Source of the DNA: Lama glama
Taxonomy: Eukaryota
DNA length: 64,000 bases
Reading direction: 5' to 3'
Assembly: GCA_028534125.1 (NCBI GenBank)
Contig: CM052816.1
Coordinates: forward strand, 3,164,001 to 3,228,000
Below are positions 1 to 11,448 of the stretch, in pieces. The position numbers and the translations under genes are program-made. The notes under the pieces were generated by a model that saw nothing but the letters and a program-made list of their open reading frames with translations, searched no databases and had not been told where the DNA came from. Each line of letters opens with the position of its first letter. Positions within the stretch are counted from its first letter, which is position 1.

Positions 1-310
1 TTTATTTACATAGCTGAGATCGTATTTACATTTGTAATTTTGGACACTGCTCTTTCCACTTAACATCAGAGCATAAACTCTGTGCAAACATTGTTTTAAG
101 TGGCCGCATAATAATCCATCATATGAATATTCTATAATTTATTAACTGTTCTTTCACAATTGGATATTTAGGTCATCTCCAATATTTTCACAATTATAAG
201 TAACAGCAATATGAACATTCTAGTCCATAGATCTTTGTATGCATTACAGATTATTTTTTTAGGCTGGTTTCCCAGAAATGTAATTACTAGGTTAAGTATC
301 ATGAATATTT
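1..310 (-). mobile_element. Old L1 (L1M-type) 3' fragment
   Basis: AT-rich sequence with L1M 3'UTR-like motifs (ttggatatttaggt...ccaatatttt...atgaacatt); boundaries approximate. Confidence 0.55.
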
Positions 311-868
311 TAAAGACTGCGTAGAGATGTAGTATTCTTTATAAATAACAGATATGTTTTCTACAAATAAAAGGAAAGTCTTCCAGGGGGTCAGAAATTG
401 TGTATACATTTGTTCCTGTGTATAAATGTGGAGGAGGGTAGTTGCAAGACAGAACTGAGAACTTTCTCACTCCTCGGTCAGTGCAGTAACCACGGGACGT
501 TTTCTTCTTGTGAACTACTTCCCAATTTTCAGGGACGCATGCTGATTAAATATTGATCAGCTGAGTGCCAGCAAATGGAAGTAAATTTCAGATAGGGAGT
601 TTGGATGCCTTTTGCAAGTAGATTGTCCATAGAATAAGTTAGACTTAATACTTCAGCATTTTTTACCTGGCGCAGTACTTTCACTACCATTATCTCAACA
701 GCTTCTCACAGCTCCTGAGTTAAATGGGTTGGGGTAGCCATTAATATTCCCAGGGCATTGGTTAGAAACTAAGGCCCAGAAAGCAGAATGACTTACCCAA
801 AGTCACAGAGCTGGTTGGAGAGAGCAGGGACTAGAATCCTAGCCTCATGGCTCTAGGGCTAGAGCCCC

Positions 869-2947
869 TGTTATGGACTAAATTGTGCCTCCCCCACCCC
901 ACCCCAATTCATATATCGAAACCCTAACCCCCAATGTGACTGTATTTGGAGGTAGAGCCTATAAAGAGGTAATAAATGTTAAACAAGGTTATCAGGGTGG
1001 GGCCGTGAGCTGATAGGATTAGGGTCCTTACAAGAAGAGGGAGACCAGAGCTCGCTCTCTCTGCATGCTCACACAGAGAACAGGCCAAGTGAGGACACAG
1101 CAAAACAGCAGCTGTCTAAAAGCCAGGAAAAGGGGCCGCATCAGAAACCATCCCTGTCAATACCTTGATCTTGGACTTCTGGTCTCCAGACTGTGAGAAA
1201 ATAAATTTCAGTCATTTAAGCCACCCAGTCTATGGTGTCAGTTATGCAAAGCTCTGGAAGACTAATACAGATGTCAGTACCAAGAAGTGGGGTCCTACTG
1301 TAACAAATGCCTAAAAATGGAGAGGTGGCTTGGAACTGGGTAGTAGATAGAGGCTGGGTAAGCTTAGAGGTCCATGCTGCAAACAAACTAGATTGCCTTG
1401 AAGGGACTGATGTTAGAAATATGATGTTAAAGGCAGTCTGGTGAAGGTTCAGGAAGAAAAGAGAGGAGCTGTAAAGAAAGTGTCATTTTAGAGAAGACAC
1501 ATATCATCATGAATAGAATGTTGGTAGGGCTGTGAACGTTAAAGGTGATTCTGGTGACGTCTCAGATGAGAAGGCAGAATATGCTTTTGGAAACTAGAAG
1601 AAAGGCGATCCTTGTTTTAAAGTGACTAAGAACTTGGTTGAATTGCGTTCTAGTGTTTTGTGGAAGGTAGAATTCCAAGTGTATTTAGATATTTGGCCGA
1701 GGAGATTTCTGAGCAAAGTGTTAAAGGTGTGACCTGGTTTCTTCCTGTTGCTTATAGTAAAATGCAAGAGGAGAGCGATAAGTTGAAGGAATTGCTAAGG
1801 AAAAAGGAACCAGAGCTTGAAGATTTGGAAAATTCTCAGTCCATCTACACTGCAAAAAATGAGAATGTATGCTCTAGAGAGGATACCAAGGCTGTGGCCG
1901 GACAATCACCCTATGAGGAGATGACTCATGCAGTTAATCTGCCAGCTCAGCAGGTATCAGGAATAGAGATGGGATTATGCTAGCAGAGACACTGCCAGTG
2001 TGGACCAACAGGAACAGAGATAAAATGAAATAAAGGGAGGTCTTTGAACTGCTGGGATTCTACAGGGCAGGACAAAAGAGCTACTTGGCTGTGAATATGC
2101 TTTATCCTTTAAGAAAAGGGAAGAATGACCCTGAAGGTGATTCAGAGACCATCAGGGCTGCCATTCGCACTATATACCTAGAGCGTACAGACCCAGAAGG
2201 CAAGGCTGTTTCTTTCTTGGTTTCAGAGGTTGGGACCCACTCTTGGTTTCAGGGAGCCCGGCTTCCCCTGCCCAGTGCCTCAGGGGCAGGAGGACTGCCG
2301 CAAGAAGCTGCAGGGTTGGGGGTGCTGCTCAGGGAAGACGGGACAGGGCCGCTGCTGAGGGCTGTGGGGATGACACTGCTGCCCCTGTGGGCCAAAGGCA
2401 GAACATCCCGCCAGAGGATTATTATAGAGCTTTCACACCTAATGGAATTTGCCTTGCTAGGTTTTGGACTTGTGTGGGGCCCATCACCCCTTTCTTCTTT
2501 CTGATTTCTCTCTTTTGCAATGAGAATGTCCTTCTGAACCTGTATTTTGGAAGCATGTAACTTGTCTGGTTTCACAGGTTCACAGATGGAGAGGAATTTT
2601 GTCCAGGATGAATCACACCTCAAGTCTCACCCATATCTCACCTATAACAGTCTTTTTGAGGCTGTTGGGATGGGGTAAATGTATTTTGCTTGTGAAAAGG
2701 ATATGAATTTTGGGGACTAGAGAATGGAATGCTATGGACTGAGCTGTGTCCCACCCCAAATCCGTATGTTGAAGCCCTAACCCCTAGCGTGACTATATTT
2801 GGAGACAGAGCCTATAAAGAGGCAATAAAGATTAAATGAGATCATGAGCAGGGCTCTGTCCGATGGGATTAATGTCCTTAAGAAGACCTGTTGTTTAAGC
2901 TGTCCAGTCTGTGGTTTTTTGTTATGGCACCTTGAACGGACAAACCA
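869..2947 (+). mobile_element. Full-structure ERVL-MaLR element (MLT1A-like): 5' LTR 869-1269, internal region ~1270-2729, internally deleted 3' LTR 2730-2947
   Basis: Two similar LTRs starting tg(t/c)tatggact and sharing ccctaacccc...gtgact(g/a)tatttggag..agagcctataaagagg; TG...CA ends; flanked by gcccc (864-868) and gcctc (2948-2952), a near-perfect 5-bp TSD; internal region begins with the MaLR-type gtacc..gaagtgggg. Confidence 0.85.
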
Positions 2948-3879
2948 GCCTCTAAATACATCAGTAGCAGAGCAATACATTTATTTGTCCCTCTAGCGCC
3001 CAGTGGTTTCAACAGACCTACCCACTAATCCTTAGGAGTGCCTAATCCTCCCCTAAACACAGCATCTTGTTTGGTTGTGTAAACTTGGATTTGAAGAAAG
3101 GGGCTCAGTGAAAGGAATAGATGACAAGAGGTCTGAGGTTCGGTTTCTAGAACAAGGCTTTGCCAAAATTTGCTAAGGGCTCTTAGGCAAGCCACTTCTT
3201 TCTGATTATCAGCTTATCCATCTGGTAAGCACTGTAACAGGTTCTGGAGTTATTCAGACGTGGACTTGAATCCGGACTCTAACAGCTGTGTGACCTTGGG
3301 CAAATTACTTAGCCTCTCAGGTTTGGTTTTCTCATCTCTAAAACAGGATATTACTACCTGCCCCAGGGAATGACTGGGCTAATGAAAAGAGATGATGTAT
3401 ACAGAGTCCCTGGCACATATTAAAGGACAATAAAAGGTAGTTCTTTTCCTAGATTAATTAACTTAAAAAGTTAATGCATTTTGTAAAGTGCATAGACAGT
3501 GTCTGGCACTTAGGAAGTGCTCTGTCAGTCTTAGTTATCATTTTCTCCTTCTAACAGACGGTCAACTCTCAGTAAGTGATAGTCATTATTATTTTCAAGA
3601 CTCATCTCCCTCCATTCCCTCCAAAGCCCTAATCCTCACCGTCCCAAACTCCAGGTTTCCCCCGTACAGCCCATGGGCTTTCCAGCCCTACTACGTTTGT
3701 CTAGGCGTTCTCTGCTTCACGCTGCATTTCTCTTCCTCCCGAGCTCAGATGTCTCCTCTGGGAATCCTCTCTTCACCACGCGGCTCCTCCCAGTCAGAAG
3801 GAAAGGATCCTTGATTTGTGTCCTGCTAAAAAACAACTCCTTGTAGCACTTAGTTCTCCGTGCCTGGTTAACTCTTTCC

Positions 3880-4640
3880 TGCCTCCAACAGTGGCGGCCT
3901 CTACTGGACGGCGCTGGGTGAGTAGCCTCTTGAGTGTCACCCAAGGCGTCTAGCACAGTGCGGGACAGAGGAAATGGGCCGTTATGCAGAGAGGGGTCCA
4001 GTTTAACTCCTACAAACCCGAGCCGCCGGCCCTCCCGAGGCCGCGCCCACCGTGAATCCCGATCCTGCCTCCGGCTCGGAGTCCCCCTCCCCTGCTCCCT
4101 GGTCGCCAGCACCTGAGCCACCCCTTTCCCGGCTCCCCAGGGGACCCTCCGGCTCCTCCTCCTGGCCGTTCCTCCCAGCCCCACCCCCCTTGGAGGGCGG
4201 GTCCCCACGGTAGAGCCCCGCGGAGCTGAGGGCGGAGCATCCCGGCCGATGGCTGGGAGCCGGCCTGGGAGCTGCTTGGCTTCCAGAAGCGCCGCGGCCT
4301 GGTCGGGGGGCTGGCATGGCCGCGTGCTGGTGAGCGCAGAGTGCGCGAGGGGCCAGCTGCCACCATGCCCTGGGGAGTGGGCACCGCCCAGCTCTGCCTG
4401 CTGGCTCTCGCCCTGCCGGGATGGACCAGAAGTAAGTAGCAGGGGACGGGGTGGGGGGTGTGGGGGGCTTTGGAGGTGGACACGCTGAGGGACCTGGGGA
4501 CCTGGGAGCGGCCCCCCGAAACGCCTCGGGGCTGCGCGCCTGCCGTTTCCCGGACCGGGAGCCCCGGCTTTGTTCCCACGTTGTGCGCCCCGGGAGGTGG
4601 TTGGAGATGCGGGAGACCGGAGCAGGCAGAAAACAGTCGG
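3880..4640. promoter_or_regulatory. CpG island / GC-box promoter of ADAM19, covering exon 1 and the start of intron 1
   Basis: Sharp local rise in GC and CpG; GC-box-like motifs gagggcggg (~4193) and gagggcggag (~4228); no obvious TATA box; contains the Kozak ATG. Boundaries approximate. Confidence 0.85.
4365..4431 (+). CDS. ADAM19: ADAM19 exon 1 coding part: signal peptide MPWGVGTAQLCLLALALPGWTR
   Basis: gccaccATG Kozak at 4365; resembles the N-terminus of mammalian ADAM19 (CLLAxAL...PGWT); donor A|gtaagt, phase 1; 67 nt. Confidence 0.93.
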
Positions 4641-6289
4641 TCCCTCCCTGGCTTGCCTCCCTCTCTCTTTTTTCTGCTTTTGGCTTATCTTTCCACTGCT
4701 CTCCTAGTCTTTCCTCGTTTTTCCAGTCTTTGTGTGTGTGCCTATAAATGTATTTTGATAAAATTGGAACCATACCATATGTACAGTTTTGTGTCTTGCA
4801 TATTCCACTTGACATTATGAGCATTTCCCACATCGTTACATTCTCCAGAAACATGGTTTTAATGACTATAAATTCCATCAAGAAATCGCAGAAGCATAAT
4901 TTTCAAAAAGTTAACAGGACTCTCATACACATACAGGATGAATGGGTTGCAAAGATTGATTTATTAATGAGGCAGTGAATAGAATGGTAAAGCTGGTTCA
5001 AAGCATTAGAACAGAAGTGATACAGCCATCCACGAAAGAATGTTGAAATCCTGTGCTGGGACAGATACAAAAGTGGTCAATGCCCCATGGGGCTAAACAA
5101 CCATAATTCTTAGTTATCTGTACTATACTGAAGTCGTTCGCATCTCTACCAGACCGAAGTCTACAGTTAACATATAACTTCACGAGCATAGCCTTTAATT
5201 AATAGTAAATTTAAAGTTAAACAAAGATACATTTCCCTAGATAATTCCATAATCTGTGGGAAGGCCTGTTAAACAATGCTCCAATCTGATATTGAAAGGA
5301 CATCCTGCTTGTTTTTTGCCTTATTTCCAAGTTTTGAAGAATTCTTCTCAAGATGTACTGTGTTCCTCTATTCCTGAGCCTTGCTTTCAAATTTTTTACA
5401 ACCCTAAGGATCATTTCATTCCTTGAAATATTCCATTAAATATCGTAATTCCTTTTTGTTGCAAAGAATCTAGATTTATCAGAGCCATTAGAGCAGGGAC
5501 TATGCCTCACTGATTCCCCATTGAATATCAAGCACCTAGCATAGCATTTGGCATATAGTTAAGCACTCAATAAACATGTAATGAATAAATTAATGCATTG
5601 CTTCTGACTTTTACTAATATGACGAAACTAATGCTAGCCTAATGAGATTGTTTCTGGGATATATTTTGATTGAGAATACATTGTATCAGTAATCTGAAAG
5701 GACAGTGAATCACTCTAATTGCGCCACTGTAACAGAACAATTATGGCCATCTTTCATATCACTCATTATATTCTATGTGATTGATGTGGTTGGTTTAGAA
5801 AGAATAGATTTTGGAGTCCTCACTTCTTTACCCAGCAGTCCTGTGGATTTGGCTTATTCTTACAGAGATTAATTTGCCTAGGTCTTTAGAAATGACTGCT
5901 TTATTAAGATTGTCTGCAACCAGTGTTTGAGGTCTGCCCTGCCTAGAACAAGTCTCTCCTCAAACAGATTTCAGTTCACCTTTCTCACAAAATAGGAATC
6001 CTGCTACCTACTTCCCAGGATTGTTTTGAGTATGGAGAGCTGGGTGGTGAGAATAATTTGGAAAGTAGGAAGTGATATGTAAATGCAAATTTACCCTTAG
6101 GAACCTCGGGTTCATGTGATGATGCTTTGTGGATTGGGAAGCACTCCCACAGTAACTCTCCCCAGTACTGCTGTGAAAAGGGCAAGTAGAGATCATTGTC
6201 TTCATTTTGCAGATAAGAAAACTGAAGCTCAATGAGAATAATACCCAGGGGCTTGCCCTCCAGTTATACCCAGAATCCAAACACTTCAT

Positions 6290-6910
6290 TCCTCTTCACT
6301 GATGTCATTCTAGTCTGAGCCACCAAGCAAACCTCTACCCTTGCCTTTCTGCTTCTACTCTCACTCCCGCCCCCCTCCCCCACCCCACCCTCTCTATCTC
6401 CATGTCCACCCAGCAGGCAGAAAGTTCTTTTTAAAAACTGTCTACAGATCATGTTGCTCTGTCTAAACCCTCCAGTGCCTTCCAAGTCTATTTATAATAA
6501 AATCCAGACACTTTCCATGCCCTCTGTGATACCAGACCCATGGCTGTCTTCTGATCAAATCTACCAATTTCCTCTCTCATTTGCTAGACTCTAACTTCTA
6601 CTTGTTCCTTAACAGGCCAAGTCCGCTTCTGCTCTTGCTGGTCCTTCTACCTGGGGCACTCTTCCCCTAGATCTTTGCATGTCTGCTTTCTTCCAGTCCC
6701 TCAGGTCTCAAGTAAATGCCATTTTTGCTGATCATCCTGTCTAAAATCGGTACCCCCTCTTCAGTGTCTCTTTATTCCATGACCCCGTTGTACCATTTGA
6801 GAATATTTGTGTTGTCCATCTCCCATCTCTAAAAGGTGAGCTTTGCGAGGTATACGGAGACCTTGTTAGCTCTGTTTACCCCTGTATTATCAACACCTAG
6901 CAGAGTGCCT
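6290..6910 (+). mobile_element. L2 LINE 3' fragment
   Basis: L2-like motifs (gtcattctagtctgagccacc, cagatcatgttgctct, cacctagcagagtgcctg); boundaries approximate. Confidence 0.55.
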
Positions 6911-7054
6911 GACCCAAAGTGGGAGCCCAGAGCCAGGAATCCAGCAGGTCTTCTAATGACCCACTACGGGGCTCTTCCCAGCTGGCAGTGCATGCCCGGC
7001 TTAGCTAGGATGCGGAGGTCCTGGGTATCAATGACGTGCACCCTGTATTGGCAG

Positions 7055-7140
7055 GAGGAAGTGGGGAAGGCAGCCCGCAGCTACAGCATGACCTAATAAT
7101 ACCTCAGTGGAAGCCTGCAGAAAGCCCCGTGAAAGAAAAG
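7055..7140 (+). CDS. ADAM19: ADAM19 exon 2 (RGSGEGSPQLQHDLIIPQWKPAESPVKEK), prodomain
   Basis: ggcag| acceptor, AAG|gtaag donor, 86 nt, phase matches exon 1. Confidence 0.96.
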
Positions 7141-7382
7141 GTAAGACTCAAAAAGTCTCATTTTCAGAGGCAAGAGCTGACAACTCCATTCTGTTATCAG
7201 CTTGGGGTCACCTGCTCAACTTTCCTGGTGGCCTAGTTAGCACCATTAGTTCTGTCTCTGGCCCACTGTATCCTCTCTGTGTTCCAGTTTTGGAAATCCC
7301 CAGATGGGGCTTTCTTTCATTGTCTGATAACCTTCTAGGACATTTCCAAATGCCAGCAGTTGAGGAAATGAAAACCCATGTT

Positions 7383-7566
7383 TTTCAAAAATAATTAATT
7401 AATTAATTTTAAAAATCGAAGTGTAGTTGATTGACAATATTGTGTTAAGTTTCTGGTATACAGCAAAGTGATTCAGTTATACATATATAAATTCTTTTTC
7501 ATATTCTCTTCCATTATGGTTTATTACAAGATATTGAGTCTAGTTCCTTGTGATATACAGTAGGAG
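7383..7566 (-). mobile_element. 5'-truncated L1 3' end (cetartiodactyl type) with target-site duplication
   Basis: gaagtgtagttgattgacaatattgtg...tacagcaaagtgattcagttatac...tatacagtagg; flanked by gaaaacccatgtt (7370-7382) and gaaaatccatgtt (7567-7579). Confidence 0.8.
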
Positions 7567-9137
7567 GAAAATCCATGTTAATGCTGACACAAGCTAAGTG
7601 CAAATATATGTCACAAAAGTCACCCCCTCTCAACTGAAACTGGTTAAATATTGTCATTCTTATTTTTTCTTCCTGCATACTACATGCTTCACTTAATTGA
7701 TGCGATGATATACTTGGAGGGAAAAATGATAGTCCAAACTATTTTTTAATAAGAGGCTGCGTAGGGATCTTGCCAAGAGAAATCTATCTTGAAATCCAAT
7801 AATCTTAAAATGCATTAGGCTCCTTGGGCCACAACACCAGCAGAATGCACAGGCTTTATCAGGGATTGGGGGTAAGACAGAAAACATTATCCTGTTCTTG
7901 AAGGAAGGACCTGTGCGTCTAGGATATTCTTTGTAGTTCTGGTTCTTATAGCTCAAGTGAGACAAAAAAGAACCAGAAAGAAGATGTGAGTGCTATGTAC
8001 TGGTGACCAGCTATCAGACCCTTCATTTTCTGAACTCCTGTTTCCTCATTTGTAGACTAGAGCTTAGAGGGGGTAACAAGGAAGAGGGCTGGAGCGGAGG
8101 GGTAGTTAGTAAGATCCCTTTGGGTCCAAATGCTCAATGATTTATTAGGCAACATAGAAGAGCAAGATTAGTAGGAGACAGAGGAGAGAGCTATGTCAGG
8201 AAAGATCTCAGACTTGGTGGTTCTTGAGTCCAGAAAGGTAAATAGAGAGCAGAAATGCCCAGAATCCCTGAAGTTATGGCCAGAGTGAAACAGACGTGTC
8301 CAAAAAGTTCCAATTTGGATTTAACAAGGGAACACACAGTGAAAATATTACGACAAATGAAAGCAAGTAACATTTTATTCTAAGGACAAGGAATACACAG
8401 AATTCATTTCTTCAGAAAGTTGGAGAGGCTGAAAATAGCTTCAGGAAAAGTCGAGACAAATTAATGGATGGCCATCCTAGAGCAGGTTATTTTTAAAAGT
8501 TCAGATCTTGCCCATTCCAACCTATCCATTATTGTCTGAATCTGATACTTTTGTAGAGGCCTCTCTGTTCCCTTCACATGAGGGATGCTGGGCATCCTCA
8601 GGAAGGACCTGAGAAACAAAGTGGAGCTCAGATCCTGTCTTTGTTCCCAGCCATTGTCTGCCCAGAATCTGGGTCACTGTATTTTGTAGAAACAATTAGC
8701 ACAGTGCCTGGCACCATAAATATTTGTTGAATGAACAAATGAATGAATGTCAGAGAGGGAAAGGAGAGGTAGGTCTCACTCAGGCCTTTTATTCTCGTTT
8801 ATGTAATTACTGCATTCATCAAACATTAATTGAACACTAACTGTATGCTAAATATTGTGCTATGTCTGAAGAGAGATGCAAATGCACAGGATAGATTTCC
8901 AGTCCTAAAGATCTATTTAGTCTAGCCCTAAAGAGAAAGGAATTTTAACCCTGCCCTGAGGAAGTATAAACAGTGCTCAGCTCCCTGCACTTCCTAGGAG
9001 AGGTGAAGTTGCCTCTTCCCAGCACAGAGTGGAGTTGTAAGAGAAAAGCTACGTGAATCTGGACAGGGACTCAACATAGACCCTTGCAGTGCTGCTTCAC
9101 TGTTTTGCTCGAAATGAACCCTGCAAACAAGGAACAT

Positions 9138-9637
9138 NNNNNNNNNNNNNNNNNNNNNNNNNNNNNNNNNNNNNNNNNNNNNNNNNNNNNNNNNNNNNNN
9201 NNNNNNNNNNNNNNNNNNNNNNNNNNNNNNNNNNNNNNNNNNNNNNNNNNNNNNNNNNNNNNNNNNNNNNNNNNNNNNNNNNNNNNNNNNNNNNNNNNNN
9301 NNNNNNNNNNNNNNNNNNNNNNNNNNNNNNNNNNNNNNNNNNNNNNNNNNNNNNNNNNNNNNNNNNNNNNNNNNNNNNNNNNNNNNNNNNNNNNNNNNNN
9401 NNNNNNNNNNNNNNNNNNNNNNNNNNNNNNNNNNNNNNNNNNNNNNNNNNNNNNNNNNNNNNNNNNNNNNNNNNNNNNNNNNNNNNNNNNNNNNNNNNNN
9501 NNNNNNNNNNNNNNNNNNNNNNNNNNNNNNNNNNNNNNNNNNNNNNNNNNNNNNNNNNNNNNNNNNNNNNNNNNNNNNNNNNNNNNNNNNNNNNNNNNNN
9601 NNNNNNNNNNNNNNNNNNNNNNNNNNNNNNNNNNNNN
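9138..9637. other. Assembly gap (500 N), intron 2
   Basis: Run of exactly 500 N. Confidence 0.99.
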
Positions 9638-11046
9638 CTTGGATTTCCAATTTCTTTGAAATTTTTCACAATAATTAGGTAAAAGGAGATTAAAAGGTCC
9701 ATTTCTTAAAGTATAAAAAGCAATTAGAGAAACATGGAAAAATGCACAAAAGAAAATAAAATTAACTCATCATCTCACTGCTAAGAGGTAACCATGGTAA
9801 CCTTCTGATTTATTTCTGTCTACTTTTTTCCCTTTACAAAAGTAGGTATGAATAAAACATGCAGTGTTATGCTTTGAGCTTTCTGCTTAATCATTATCAT
9901 GCGTACTTTCTTAATAATTTAAAAGTCATTGAAAGTCATCACTAGTCTTTTGTCTTATGAATGGGCCATCGGTTATTTAACCATTTTCCTATTTTTGGAC
10001 ATTCAGCTTCTGTTTCATTAGTCATTATTGTAAGTAACAAGCATCTTTGTGTATAAACCATTTGTACCCTTCAGATAGAATCTTACATGACTCGGCTGTG
10101 GGGGGAGGGGTCTAAACATTTAAAACTCTTGTCCGTACTGTCAAATTCTCACTGGTAGGGTATGAGAGTGCCCATTTCATAGTATACGCTCCATTGTGAT
10201 TTACTGTTTTAAAAAATCTTTGTCACTTTGATTTTTTTTGAAAATATCTTTAAAAAATCTTTTTGGGTGGGGGGCAGCTACCACTGATGTTGAACATGTT
10301 TTTTAATCCATTTTGATCCTTTGTATGATACCTTACATGGTCTCTTCTGGGTGCGTATCTCCTTTGGCCTTCAGCAGATTTTCTCCTGTGTGTGAAATAC
10401 GTCTTTTGGACCTGTAAAACCTTAGTTGGAGGTTCTCCTAGTTGTCTCCTCTGAGATGGTTTGGGAGTATTCAAACGGAGAGCCAAAATAAAATAAAATA
10501 AGAGCCCAGGATGAAGAGGCTTTCCCTGGTATTTTAAGTAACAGCCAACATGTATCTAGGGCTTCCTGTGTGCCAAGCACTGTGATAAATTCTTTACATT
10601 TACTAAGTCACTTAATTTTTACAAGATCCCTACAGGGTTGACCATTAGTATGTCAGTTTTATAAGTAAGGAGGCTGAGCTGCAGGGAGCTTCAGTAACAT
10701 GCCCAGTTGCACAACTACAGTGTCAGAGCCAGCACTTGAATCCATATCCAGCTCCACTCACAGTTTCCTGTTGAAGGTCGTGTTTTCTATCGTTTGCCTT
10801 TACCAGGTCTGCATGCAGGAGGTTACACCACATTTCAGCTCTGAGTTTCTTTCCTTTGTCTTTTAGGAGAAGGCAAATGAGGGAGGGGAATGGGTCCTTC
10901 TGGGATTGACATGATTTCATGTTAGGGATGGAAATCGTTCACTTCCTGTGGATCAATGTCAGAGCCCCGTGCTAGACCCTGTGCCCCTTCCTGGGAGCCT
11001 GGTTCCCTGCTTTTAGAAACTGACATTCTTTTGTTGTTGCTTTTAG

Positions 11047-11117
11047 CATCCACTCAGAGCTGAGCTCAGGGTGACGGCTGAGGGGCGAGAACTGATCCTG
11101 GACCTGGAGAAGAATGA
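11047..11117 (+). CDS. ADAM19: ADAM19 exon 3 (HPLRAELRVTAEGRELILDLEKNE), prodomain
   Basis: ttttag| acceptor, GA|gtaagt donor, 71 nt; contains the ADAM prodomain LxLEKN motif. Confidence 0.97.
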
Positions 11118-11378
11118 GTAAGTGGACTCATCCTTTGTCTGAAATGAAACAATCCACTTTCATGTCCATTCCGGACGCAGGTGCCGCTGTTCTGGAAGGA
11201 AGCAGTTAATGAAGTGACCAAGCTCTCAATCTGTGGTTCCTTTGCGGGGAGCATCTTGCAAAGCCAGCGTTTCCACAGTCTCTTGATTTGCTGTGAAGTT
11301 GCTGGACTGTTTAACGTCTTCTTTGAATTTCCTCAGGCTTGTGTCCGGGACCTCTTAGAGTTCACTACAAGCACATGG

Positions 11379-11383
11379 GTGTG

Positions 11384-11421
<38 letters not shown>

Positions 11422-11448
11422 TGTGTGTGTGAGAGAGAGAGAGAGAGA
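11379..11448. repeat. Compound (GT)n(GA)n microsatellite
   Basis: Interrupted GT run 11379-11430 directly followed by (GA)9. Confidence 0.95.

Noticed and set aside
1660..2623. ORFs of 105-139 aa upstream of the gene
   Set aside because: Lie within the MaLR internal region; best read as fragments of the decayed retroelement ORF or chance ORFs, not a host gene.
4003..4881. 292-aa antisense ORF (and other ORFs over 3717-4820)
   Set aside because: Crosses the GC-rich CpG island where stops are rare; low-complexity Pro/Arg/Gly/Ala product with no recognisable domain.
8994..9702. ORFs of ~200 aa
   Set aside because: Artefacts of translating through the N gap.
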